Assembly: GCA_001661245.1 (NCBI GenBank)
Contig: KV454018.1
Location: forward strand, 183,944-247,793
DNA: 63,850 bases
Direction of reading: 5' to 3'
Source: Pachysolen tannophilus NRRL Y-2460
Taxonomy: Eukaryota
Shown: positions 44,646 to 56,351 of the stretch, one piece after another
Layout: each line of letters begins with the position of its first letter
Position numbering within the stretch: position 1 is the stretch's first letter
Made by a program: the position numbers and the translations under genes
Notes under the pieces: model-generated
Seen by the model: only the letters and a program-made list of their open reading frames with translations
What the model was told of the DNA's origin: nothing
Databases searched by the model: none

Positions 44646-46538
44646 CTATTGATTATTATTGTTATTATTATTATTATTATTGAAAACAGCTCTAAAGGGG
44701 TGATTCCCCTGTTGTAGCTTCCTTTGCGCAGTAGGATTTCTATTATTTTCCAAATACCTTGGATTAATTGGCCGTTGTGAAATGGAAGTAAAATTTGAGG
44801 AAGCGATAGAATCGCTACTAAAATTTCGATTATTATTATTTTGATTTCCATTAGCACGATTTATAAGCAATGAATTTGATAAATTATCTTCATTCAGGGA
44901 TAAAACATTTGATGATATCACTGAATTTCCAAAAATATGACTGTTAATAGCAGGTATACCATTAGGCAGCTTTACCCCTGACAGTAACGTTCTAAATCCT
45001 TGCAGTTCTCCAGAAGCATCGTTGTCACCGCTATAGACGGAAGATGGTGCTATAGTTTCTGAGACATACCTTAACCCATTTTCTGTTTCACCATTATTCA
45101 TTGGGAATTTACCAGGGAGAGATGGTCGGATCATTTCTAAATCTGCTGGAATTGGTCTAGGTCCTCTAACTCCAGGCGATACTGGTTGCTGAAGTATTTC
45201 ATGCTCATTATTTTCTATATCGTCATCATCATCATCCATGATTTCTGTTGGAGTTGCAACTCTTGGAATATGAGGAGTTTGATTAAATGTTTGATATTCA
45301 CCATCATTATCATTGTAGTTATCATTTTCATCTTCACGAGGGTTAATGTTTTCATTCTCATTGAGATCTTCTCCAGATATGGGTAACATATTTTGTTTTG
45401 GATAAGGCAGTACAACTTCCCCTGGAGGTAAAGACAGATGCATTTCTCTTAAAAATCCTTTATTTTTATTTCCTTGTGTATTATTCATTGGATTATAACT
45501 ATAATAAGATTCATCTTCATTATCATAAACTTCATTATTATTCCCATTTTGATTCCTATTCCCATTCAATGAATTCAACGGATTTATACTATATACATTC
45601 TGTGGAGGAGATATAATACCATTTTCTCTTGGGTAACCTCTATATGATAATTGAGAAGGATTTCTCATTATATCTATTGGACTTGCAGTTGAAGTAGCAC
45701 AAGTTGTACCCAGTTCAACGTTATCATACAGTAAAGAATTGTTTCTATTCAAGTTATGATCCAGTGCTTCTGAATCATCATATTCTGTATCTGTAAAATC
45801 TTCATCATATTTGTTATTAGAATCAGATTCATCATCATTTAACAACATATTACTTGAACCATTATTTCCCCCCACAGTACCCAAAGTTTGATTTAAAGGT
45901 AACATGTGAAACATTTCAATATCATCATCATATTCACCATTATGATTGCCATCGGCTTGTTGTTTATTATAATCATACATATTTCTCGATGATGCAGTTC
46001 TTCTCATAATACATATTATTGTACCTGCAACTGCTATTAATACTGTAGCTGATAATACTATCCAACCTCCCCAATCTAAATGAGGTAAAAATAACAAGAT
46101 ATCCACTAAAAACGATAATAAGCAAAGTAAAAAAGTTGGTAAAGTCCATATTATCAGGAAACTTAAAAACCTTAATGATCTATTAAATTGTTTAAAATGG
46201 GTCAACAGTGATAATATAAATAAGATAAAAGTGAATCCAGTAGAAATTGGATGTACAATCAATAAATTTGATATTGAATGTCTTGCATTACTCGGCAATG
46301 AAAACCCTTGTAACTCACTAACAGTGGTTTTGGAATATCCAATCTCTACAGAAGAACATTCATCTGAAGAAGTCGAACATAACCCAAAAACACCAAATTT
46401 ATACCCACTATATGTACAAAGCGCAATTTTTGAAGTCACAGGTACTGAAAGTACAGCTACCAACTGAAATACAAAGGAAACCAACAACATCAAAGTAGGT
46501 GTCATCGCCACCCTATAGTGGAAATGAAAGCCCCTCAT
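44646..46538 (-). CDS. PalI/Rim9 (Sur7 family) membrane protein, long form with an Asn/Asp-rich tail
   Basis: VAVLSVPVT, FGVFGLC...CS...GY, LSNLLIVHPI-type motif and FLVDILLFLPHLDWGGW. First ATG at 46538. Confidence 0.85.
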   Translation of the reverse strand: MRGFHFHYRVAMTPTLMLLVSFVFQLVAVLSVPVTSKIALCTYSGYKFGVFGLCSTSSDECSSVEIGYSKTTVSELQGFSLPSNARHSISNLLIVHPISTGFTFILFILSLLTHFKQFNRSLRFLSFLIIWTLPTFLLCLLSFLVDILLFLPHLDWGGWIVLSATVLIAVAGTIICIMRRTASSRNMYDYNKQQADGNHNGEYDDDIEMFHMLPLNQTLGTVGGNNGSSNMLLNDDESDSNNKYDEDFTDTEYDDSEALDHNLNRNNSLLYDNVELGTTCATSTASPIDIMRNPSQLSYRGYPRENGIISPPQNVYSINPLNSLNGNRNQNGNNNEVYDNEDESYYSYNPMNNTQGNKNKGFLREMHLSLPPGEVVLPYPKQNMLPISGEDLNENENINPREDENDNYNDNDGEYQTFNQTPHIPRVATPTEIMDDDDDDIENNEHEILQQPVSPGVRGPRPIPADLEMIRPSLPGKFPMNNGETENGLRYVSETIAPSSVYSGDNDASGELQGFRTLLSGVKLPNGIPAINSHIFGNSVISSNVLSLNEDNLSNSLLINRANGNQNNNNRNFSSDSIASSNFTSISQRPINPRYLENNRNPTAQRKLQQGNHPFRAVFNNNNNNNNNNQ

Positions 46539-46735
46539 CTCCCAATGGATGAAAAAATAAATTCCTCCTCCAACAATCAATTAAATTAATTAAATCAATT
46601 AAATCATATATTTATATATTATTTATATTACTATTTTTACAAAGTACTTTTTACCCACACAAAAAAAAAACAACAAACAAAATAGAAAGGATCTTTTTGA
46701 TATATCCGGACACTACCCTTTTTTCTTCCCTTTCT

Positions 46736-47623
46736 TTATATATAGAACTTTCTCTTATCTCTATCCATATCAGGTCTGTGTTCCCATTCTACTTCTTCCT
46801 TTATGCCCTTTTGTATTCTTCTTAGCCTTAGTGTGAACTGGGGTCCAAGTTCTTGCAATCCTACTTTTTCTTCGTTTCTAAAGATGTATCTGTGTCTTCT
46901 GAAAAAGATGAAATCTCTTTGATTATGGAAAGTTACAGCTTGTCTTCCTTGAATTTCTGGTTTATGTGGGAATAATGATTGTAATAATCTACCAACTGTA
47001 TTACCTAATCTTGTAGAGAAATTATTTAAGATCAATTCTGGGGTATGATTTGTAGCCTTCCCATGACCTTCAATTTTTTTACCTTCAATAAATGAACTTA
47101 CTGAAAAATAAAAAGTTGGTCCTGATGGTAAATAAATAAAAGTTATACCATTAACCACTTTTTTATCTTCATTAACAACTACTAAATGCGTATAACCTCT
47201 ATTGGAACAAAACTGGGCCATATCTTTCATTGTATATTCTCTTTGTCTTTTAACAAATGTACAATTAGGTAAAAAATCCATCAACATATCAGCAAATTTA
47301 TATGCAGGTTTTTTAGCATTTGCATTTGTTGTTATTAAAACTTTTGGATCTTTTGTAGTTTCAAAATAACTAGAAAAATCATCACCTCCTTCAATCTCAT
47401 GATTAATTGTCTCATCAAATACTCTTTTTGTTTCTATTGTTTGTGTAACATTTTTCAATAATCTTTCATCTCTTAATTCAGGATTTTCTCTTTCTTCCTT
47501 AGCCCTTGCCTGCCTCTCCTTATGCCTCTGCTTATTCTTCTGGTGCTTCAACTTCGCAAAGATCTTCTGTCTCTGCAACTTATTCTTTATCTGGATCCTA
47601 TTTGTCTCTTTATCAACCCCCAT
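46736..47623 (-). CDS. RPF1: Brix-domain 60S biogenesis factor Rpf1
   Basis: IKNKLQRQ, PELILNNFSTRLG, TFHNQRDFIFFRRHRY, LQELGPQFTLRL. ATG at 47623. Confidence 0.95.
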   Translation of the reverse strand: MGVDKETNRIQIKNKLQRQKIFAKLKHQKNKQRHKERQARAKEERENPELRDERLLKNVTQTIETKRVFDETINHEIEGGDDFSSYFETTKDPKVLITTNANAKKPAYKFADMLMDFLPNCTFVKRQREYTMKDMAQFCSNRGYTHLVVVNEDKKVVNGITFIYLPSGPTFYFSVSSFIEGKKIEGHGKATNHTPELILNNFSTRLGNTVGRLLQSLFPHKPEIQGRQAVTFHNQRDFIFFRRHRYIFRNEEKVGLQELGPQFTLRLRRIQKGIKEEVEWEHRPDMDRDKRKFYI

Positions 47624-47682
47624 TTCCAATAACAACAACAACCTTATTAAATACCTTAATAATATATACTATCAAACACATA

Positions 47683-47750
47683 GAGATGAGAAGTTTTTTT
47701 TTTTCTTCCTTTTAAAGAAAAATTAAAGAAAAAAAAAAAAAAAAATTTCA
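47683..47750. promoter_or_regulatory. PAC and RRPE elements of RPF1
   Basis: GAGATGAG at 47683-47690 and AAAAATTTCA (reverse complement TGAAATTTTT) at 47741-47750, upstream of a ribosome-biogenesis gene. Confidence 0.65.
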
Positions 47751-47766
47751 GTTTCCTAATTTAGCA

Positions 47767-47944
47767 TTTGTGTTTGCAAGACACTACTCCAAATTTGTTT
47801 CTGTTTTGGGACTTTTGTGTTTGTAAAACACTACTCCAAATTTGTATCCGTTTTGGGGTTTTTGTGTTTTACAAACACGATACTTTGTTTTGTTTAGTTT
47901 CCGTTTTTGGTTTATTGTGTTTCGTTAACACTACCCAAAATTTT
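47767..47944. repeat. Degenerate 47-bp tandem repeat (4 units), each with a GTGT-N7-ACAC dyad
   Basis: Dyads start at 47770, 47817, 47864 and 47917. Confidence 0.85.
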
Positions 47945-48087
47945 TCACCAATTTTTCAGTGGAAAATGGCCGATTCAAATTGAATTCATTTTCAATTGAC
48001 TTTTTAGATAATTCATTAACTTGAATCATCATTAAAGTTAAAAGTTTTGTGTTTTGATTTTCGGTTTTTTTTTTTTATTTTTCAGAA

Positions 48088-48984
48088 ATGTCACAAAATG
48101 ATAAGAAGCAGTCTGGGACTGCTAGGTTGTTAGGATCTGCATCTGCTGGTATTTGTGAAATTGCTGTTTTCCACCCTGTTGATACAATTTCCAAAAGATT
48201 AATGTCCAATAGTACTAGAGTTACATCTTTAGTTGAACTTAACAAAGTGATTTTTAAGCAACATGCTTCTGATGCTTTAGGTAAGAGGCTTTCTACATTA
48301 TTTCCAGGGTTAGGTTATGCAGCTTGTTATAAAATTCTTCAAAGAGTTTATAAATATGGTGGTCAACCTTTTGCAAATGAATTTTTAACAAAAAATTTTA
48401 AAAATTTTTATGATGATCATTTTGGTCTGAAAACTGGTAAAGCTTTAATGTCTGCTACAGCTGGTTCTATTATTGGTATTGGTGAAATTGTTCTTTTACC
48501 TTTAGATGTTTTAAAAATTAAAAGACAAACAAATCCTGAATCTTTTAAAGGTAGAGGTTTTATTCAAATTTTAAAAGATGAAGGTTTTGGATTATATAGA
48601 GGTTGGGGTTGGACAGCAGCAAGAAATGCTCCAGGTTCTTTTTGTTTATTTGGAGGTAATGCATTTGCAAAAGAATATATTTTTAAATTAAAAGATTATT
48701 CTCAAGCAACTTGGACTCAAAATTTTATTTGTTCTATATTTGGTGCATCTGCTTCATTAATTGTTAGTGCTCCATTAGATGTTATTAAAACTAGAGTCCA
48801 AAATAGAAATTTCGATAATCCAATGTCTGGTTTATCTATTTTGAAAAATATGGTTAAAAATGAAGGATTAACATCTTTTTTCAAAGGTTTAACACCAAAA
48901 TTATTAACAACAGGTCCAAAATTAGTCTTTTCATTTGCCTTGGCTCAGTCTTTAATTCCAACTTTTGATAAATTACTCAATTAA
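48088..48984 (+). CDS. GGC1: Mitochondrial GTP/GDP carrier
   Basis: KQSGTARLLGSASAGICEIAVFHPVDT, QRVYKYGGQPF and three carrier signatures (PVDT, PLDVLK, PLDVIK). Confidence 0.96.
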   Translation: MSQNDKKQSGTARLLGSASAGICEIAVFHPVDTISKRLMSNSTRVTSLVELNKVIFKQHASDALGKRLSTLFPGLGYAACYKILQRVYKYGGQPFANEFLTKNFKNFYDDHFGLKTGKALMSATAGSIIGIGEIVLLPLDVLKIKRQTNPESFKGRGFIQILKDEGFGLYRGWGWTAARNAPGSFCLFGGNAFAKEYIFKLKDYSQATWTQNFICSIFGASASLIVSAPLDVIKTRVQNRNFDNPMSGLSILKNMVKNEGLTSFFKGLTPKLLTTGPKLVFSFALAQSLIPTFDKLLN

Positions 48985-49070
48985 TTGAATAATTAATTAA
49001 TTTCAAATACGTGTATATACATATATATAATCAAGAGAAATTGTTTTTTTTTTTTTTTTCTATTTTCATT

Positions 49071-49105
<35 letters not shown>

Positions 49106-49442
49106 TNNNNNNNNNNNNNNNNNNNNNNNNNNNNNNNNNNNNNNNNNNNNNNNNNNNNNNNNNNNNNNNNNNNNNNNNNNNNNNNNNNNNNNNNNNNNNN
49201 NNNNNNNNNNNNNNNNNNNNNNNNNNNNNNNNNNNNNNNNNNNNNNNNNNNNNNNNNNNNNNNNNNNNNNNNNNNNNNNNNNNNNNNNNNNNNNNNNNNN
49301 NNNNNNNNNNNNNNNNNNNNNNNNNNNNNNNNNNNNNNNNNNNNNNNNNNNNNNNNNNNNNNNNNNNNNNNNNNNNNNNNNNNNNNNNNNNNNNNNNNNN
49401 NNNNNNNNNNNNNNNNNNNNNNNNNNNNNNNNNNNNNNNNNT

Positions 49443-49477
<35 letters not shown>
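49071..49477. repeat. (TAA)n microsatellite on both sides of an assembly gap (N 49107-49441)
   Basis: taataataa runs directly flank the N run. Confidence 0.9.
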
Positions 49478-49627
49478 TGTAATAAATTATTACACGCAAT
49501 GTAATCTCTAAAGTAAAATAATAAAAAAAAAAAAAAAAAAAATAGGAATAAAAAGGTATATAATATATACATAAATTGGAAAAAGGCATAATACCAACCT
49601 TGTGTCTTTGTATTTTTGTTTTTCTTC

Positions 49628-50446
<819 letters not shown>

Positions 50447-50657
50447 TTAATTAATTATTTAATTAATTATAATAGTAATTAATTTATTATTATTGTTTAT
50501 TAGAAAAGGAATTAATTAATTAAATTATAATATATAGTTTAGATTCGTTGTTTTAATAAATCAAATTATTCGTTCCCACACAAGCGAGAAAGACTGAGGT
50601 GGAGAGAAAGAAAATTGTCGACGAAAATTTTCAATGATTTCAGAGCTGATGATCGGG

Positions 50658-50668
50658 GGACTCGAACC
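50658..50668 (-). promoter_or_regulatory. Isolated Pol III B-box (GGTTCGAGTCC)
   Basis: Perfect match to GGTTCGANTCC with no T-stem, cloverleaf or clear A-box. Confidence 0.5.
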
Positions 50669-50989
50669 GGGGATTTTTACCTTGAAAAAAAAAAAATTAT
50701 ACTTTCTTTGTCTTCCCCATTGGGAAGGCCATACACGTGTATTTGATTTGGCCCCTAAACGTTTTGACAGAAGGGCTTTTTTGCGGAAATTTAAATTTTT
50801 TTTTTTTTTTTTTTTTTCTAAACTTTCCGAGTTCGATTTCGCATTGAGAATTGAAAACCAAAATTTTTTTTACTTTTTCTTGCTATTCTTCCCTCGTTTT
50901 TCAGTATATGCTAGAGAAGGCAGCATAGGCAGGCAGCAAACAATATCAAAATATAAGTAACTGTACTTTGTTTCAACATATATTTATTA

Positions 50990-51030
<41 letters not shown>

Positions 51031-51144
51031 TTGAAATTGAATTTGAATTTCAAATTGATTTAATTTTTTTTCTTCCTTCTTTTAATCATCATTTAATTAT
51101 TATAAAGAATATAGTAATATCTCAAATCAATTCAAATCAATTCA

Positions 51145-54100
51145 ATGCCGTTTGGTTTTGGTAATAGCAGGAGAAGAAGAAGTTCTTCTAGGGTATGTGG
51201 TTTTTCATTTTTCTTGTTTTTTTCATTTTCTTTAAATGCTAGCTTGTCTGTTTATACCAAGTTTATCAACTAACTAATTTTTCTTTATTTCTTTAGGGTT
51301 TGTATACAACCGCGGCTACGTCTCCGGCATCCGCCGCCTCTACAGCATCCACATCCAACAATAGGTCCACCAGAGTGGCTGCCGCGAAAGTAGCCGCCTC
51401 GCCGGCGGCTACTTTGGCTGCAGCATATGCTACTTCTGGCCAAGGAAGGTCGGGATCAATGACAAGTTTATCGAATCAGGCTGCTGCTGCTGCTTTGAAG
51501 AAACAATACCGGCAACAATATGAACAGCCTGGAGTGCTGCTGCTGCTGCTGCTGTCTACATCTCCAGTACATGCAAAGAATATTTCAAGATCAAATTCAC
51601 TTTCTTCTATGAATCTCAGGCATGATTCAAGAGGAGGGCGTCATAATAATAATAATAATAATATTCGTAGTAATTCGTTGACTATGAATACGTCTCTGCT
51701 GCTGCTGCTGCATTTGCAACTGCAATTGCAACTGCCATCGAAAGTTGGTCGCCAAATTTCTAGTAATAGTAGGTCCAACTCTTTAACAAGTTCATTACGT
51801 TCTTCTCATGCAAATACAGTAGTGACAACAAGGTATGGACCCGATAAAAACACAGTGATAAGGACAACAAGAGAAACGGGACTGGATGGCAGGACTAAGT
51901 CATTGACAAAGCAAACAATTACTAGAATGGGATCGTTTGAAGTGGTCAAGACCACAACCATAAAACCACCTTTGAAAATGCTGTCCTCATCAGCATCAAG
52001 TGGTGTTCCAAGTCGTACCAACAGTTTGAATTATCAAGGATCATTACTAAGTGCTGGAGATAGTGAGTTGGGAAATATAGCTGAAGAGTTTGATGAGGAT
52101 TTCTACCGCGATGAAGATGATGTGATTAATTCTCCTCGTCAAACCCATTTCATTAAAGAACCACTCGAAGAAAAAGATGAAGAAAAAGAAGAACAAGAAC
52201 AAAATAATGTCAATAGCGATTACCTGAGGCAACATACATATAGACAATTGACTCAGGGAGGTGTTCAGAAACATCAGCCTCTGCAACTGCCAATTCAACT
52301 GCCCCTGCACCGTATAAACACTGCAACTTCTCCCACAAGGTCAATCTTAAAGAAACATCATGAACAGCCATTACAAGACACTGTTGGTCTGACACAGAAA
52401 AACCTTGAACTAGGTGCTAAAGATGATATTTCAGATTCAGGTAATTCGGTTTATTCAGATGCTTATGATCTGTTGCCAAGATCAAAAAACGATTCAAGTA
52501 AAAACAACAAGAATTTTAAAGTTGTTGTTAAGTCAAATCCAAATAACACATTCGCAACACCTCAAGTTGTCAGCACAACTCTTCAACAATCCCAATCAAA
52601 ATCTACAAATTCTTCTGAACTTTCTACTTTAGCAAAGTCTGATCAGGATAAAAATTCAGCTGCTTCTTCTACAAAAAAATCAGTTATCATATCTTTACCT
52701 GTGAACGTGAATAACAATGGTATCAATAATCAGTCTCCTCCTTTAAGACAAGATGAATTTATGGTTCCATTAAATCAAAAAAATTTGCAATCAAATCCAA
52801 GACAAGATGAATTTTTGGTAAGTCATCAACAACATCCTAATCGTCAACAACAAAATCATAAACAAACACCAGATGAATTATACCTGATGGCTTTTAAAGT
52901 TGCTGAAGAAAGGTACCGCGCTGCTAAAGAGCTGGAACTACTGCAACAACAACTGCAACTGCAACATTTGCAGCAGCAAATATATGATGATATTGGATAC
53001 ACTAGTGATTCTTCATTCCAAAGAGTGTACAATAAAGAGCATAATACTGGAGGTGAATACCCACTTAGTCTAAGGAGCTCTGAAACACAATTACAACCAA
53101 AAAGGAGAAACAGCAGTAACCGAACCTCTTCATTATTGTCTTCAAAAACAAGTAGACCATATAACAATATTAATGACAGGTCTTTGTCTTTTACTAGAAG
53201 GTCAAATGTTGGTGGTAGAACACTGTCACTTGACTCTAGAAATCTGTCATTGTTATCAGATCAACACCATCAATTTGATGGTGGAAATGGAAACGAAAAT
53301 GGTTACCTGTACGAATCTAATGCATTGGGCTATGGATTCAAGGCTCATACTTTACGCGGTGTCTCTTCACAGAATGAGCCATCGGCTATGCAGAAGTTAA
53401 AGGTTGGTTTATTATCAAGATCGGCATCTACTTCGCATAATAATCATCAAGTCACTGATAAGATGAAGAGGAAAGAAGAAATGAAAAGATTGAAACAGGA
53501 AAGATTAGCAGCATCTGAACTTGCCGGTAATAAAGTTCGCGTTATTAATCAGACCAAGTTCCAGAATCTGGGAGAACAGCAACAGCAGCAACAGCAGCAA
53601 CAAGAACAACAAGAACAACGAGTTCAAAAACATGTTGAACCACCATTGGATCAACCAGTAGATGATGCAAATCCACAAGAGCAACTGCTGCAACAATTGC
53701 AGCAGCAACTGGAAGGTGAACCGGAGCTGCAGCCAGCTCCTCAAAAACGCGATAAAAAGGGCAAGCATCATAAGAAGCAAAGATTCTCCATTTTTAATAA
53801 AAAAAAGGGAAATAAGAAAAATCATGAATCTCTTGTATCTGAAGCCCAAACAAATGAAAAAAGTAAGACTGTTGTACTTCCTGATAATTCTCATGAAGGT
53901 CCAGGTACCGATAATGTAAATGCAGTCATTAGAGAAAGCGTCAAGGAGAGCTTAATTGGAACAGGTTTCATATCTGGTGATGACCAGAAACAACAGCAGC
54001 AACGTGATAAACCTACATTGATACCAAAGGGTAACACTCCAAAGGGTAACACTCCAAAGGGCAACACTGACAATGGTGTTCAAAAACTGTCTGTTCCACA

Positions 54101-54626
54101 AGAAGAAGATACTCCGATTGTGTCTTCCGAGATGGTTTTGCAACTGCAACCAGTACTGGAGGTACTGGAGGTACTGGAGGTACCCAAGGTACAGGCTGTA
54201 CCGGCGGTATCGGCAACAGAACCAGTAACGGTATCTACCGAAACCCTGGAGAATCAAGCTGTTAATGAACTGCCATCTTCATATGGTAATAATTTTTCAA
54301 GACTGAATGGAAATAGTAGTAACTTGGAGACAAAACCACAAGCCAATGGAGTTGCAAATATAGATTCAAATTTACTGAATGCCAATAATGAAACAGTAAA
54401 TCATCTCGCTGATGATACTGAAACAGAGAATACGTATATCCACGAACCTACAAACTTAGAGAACAATATTCAACATGACGGTAACGCAAAATATGACAAT
54501 ACTGACAATGATGTCAGCAATAAGAATACTAAAGCTTCCAATAAAAAGGGTAGTAAAAATGTTAAACGTAATAAGAACAAAAACCCATTTCATAAAAAAG
54601 TCTTGGGCTGGTTCGACATTGAGTAG
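51145..54626 (+). CDS. SEG1: Seg1/Seg2-like eisosome protein; exon 1 51145-51192, intron 51193-51296, exon 2 51297-54626
   Basis: GTATGT donor, AACTAAC branch (51268-51274) and TTTAG acceptor give in-frame MPFGFGNSRRRRSSRGLYTT. Motifs DGRTKSLTKQTITRMGSFEVVKTTT and PDELYxMAFKVA resemble the Seg1/Msc3 family; repeated RSNSL and a basic C-terminus. Confidence 0.55.
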
Positions 54627-54963
54627 ACTTAACTGAGAAACCTGCCAAACTGTTTCCATATAACTATTTACAAGTGTGTGTTTTTTTATTGTGAATTTAT
54701 TGTTTTTTATTAAAATCTTTTCTGAAATATGTATAATAATTTAACACTGCTTTAATGTGAAAAAAGTACTTTTTTTAATTTAATAATATAATAATATAAT
54801 AATATAATATACGAGATTCACTATTGTGCGCAATATATATATATATATCGATATATAGATATATATAGCACATGACTGTTGTTCTATTGATATAGTCTTG
54901 AGTTAGAGTTGGTATTTAGTTGTTTAGGCTTGTTAATCATTTGTTTTTTAATTTTTGTATATA

Positions 54964-56004
54964 ATGGGGCAAGAGATAATACATGAAATATTTAACGCGT
55001 CGCCAGTTGTTGATTCAGATACTTTTCAATTACAACGAGAAAATGAAGAACCAGAGACTGAAGAACGAGAAATGGATGAGGTAGATGAATTATCAACTTT
55101 TGAAAGTGTGAACCAACTGAAGCTGAAGCTGCAGTTAATGATCAAAGTTTTCACGTTAATAGAGACAAAGTTGAATTTATATTATTTAAATCATACAAGT
55201 GCACCAGAAATGGATTTAATTGTGCGATATTTAACTAGTAGTTTGAATAAGAGAATTACAGTTGATATTGTTTTAAGAATAACTTTTATATGGCCAGAGT
55301 CTTTTAAAATTTTTAAAAATCTTAAGAATAATAATATTTATATTGATTTCCATGAACAAGATAAATCTTTCTTGAAAAATTATAACGATAGGAATCTTAT
55401 TTTTATGGAAAAATTGAATGATTGGATTATTAAGAATGGAGAGAATTATCAAGATATTCCTTTAGGAAAGATAATAAATGATAATGTATGTTTTAATTCA
55501 TCAGGGCAAGATGGTAAAGTTTCTAAATTAAAAAATAAAATCATTAAAAATTCATCATTAAAATTTGATTTTAAAGAGAAAAAACTGTGTGATATAATAC
55601 ACAAGAATCTTACGATATTACAAAGGATAAAATTGAAAGAAGAAGAAACAGCAAAGAAATTTCATCAATCTGAAATAATTTCTGAAAAGGATAAATTAGA
55701 TAATTCTAAAATAATCAAATTTTATGATATCTTGTATACTTTAAAATTATCCAATATTAATTCCAATTCAACATATATAAATTTCACTCTAAATGATTTG
55801 ATATTGAAAATAAAAGATTCATTAAATGTTCAAAATGGTGATGATTTTGAAATTGAAAAATTGTTACAAAAATTAAATTCAATTTTAAAAGATGAAAAAA
55901 AGATAAAGATAGGTACAACTAAGGGAAATTTGAAAATAGTGAAAATAGGTTCCGCACTAAATAGAAATCATGACTTGAAATTGATCCAGAATTCAACTCA
56001 ATAG
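54964..56004 (+). CDS. TAH11: Cdt1/Tah11-like replication licensing factor
   Basis: Winged-helix-like RITVDIVLRITFIWPESF and the Cdt1 motif LTILQRIKLKE (cf. SLLERI+.KE). First ATG at 54964. Confidence 0.55.
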   Translation: MGQEIIHEIFNASPVVDSDTFQLQRENEEPETEEREMDEVDELSTFESVNQLKLKLQLMIKVFTLIETKLNLYYLNHTSAPEMDLIVRYLTSSLNKRITVDIVLRITFIWPESFKIFKNLKNNNIYIDFHEQDKSFLKNYNDRNLIFMEKLNDWIIKNGENYQDIPLGKIINDNVCFNSSGQDGKVSKLKNKIIKNSSLKFDFKEKKLCDIIHKNLTILQRIKLKEEETAKKFHQSEIISEKDKLDNSKIIKFYDILYTLKLSNINSNSTYINFTLNDLILKIKDSLNVQNGDDFEIEKLLQKLNSILKDEKKIKIGTTKGNLKIVKIGSALNRNHDLKLIQNSTQ

Positions 56005-56307
56005 ATCTAATATAGATAGCACTTTAAACTTTTAACATTCTCATCTTGTAGTCTTCTCTATCTATCTATCTTTTTATCGGTCTTTTTCTTTTTTTTTTTA
56101 GTTATTTTGGTAATTAATCTCAAGCCCAAATTGGGAAAACCAAGTTCCGAGGAATGAACCAGTTTTAAAGGTTAATCAAATTCAATTGATTTTTTTGAAA
56201 TAAAGATATTTAGTTATTGATTATCTATTTAAAAGATCAATTGGTTGGTATTTTATTTTCAGAAAAGGTTCCGTATTTTTGTGGTTTCTGATATATATAT
56301 ATATAAG

Positions 56308-56346
<39 letters not shown>

Positions 56347-56351
56347 TATAT

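Noticed and set aside
47767..47944. CRISPR-like reading of the palindromic repeat array
   Set aside because: Eukaryotic context, no cas genes, and the spacers are related to each other rather than unique.
50640..50730. Third tRNA gene around the GTTCGA motif
   Set aside because: The T-stem cannot form (CCCGG versus CCCCC), and there is no acceptor stem, D-arm or A-box. Kept only as a lone B-box.
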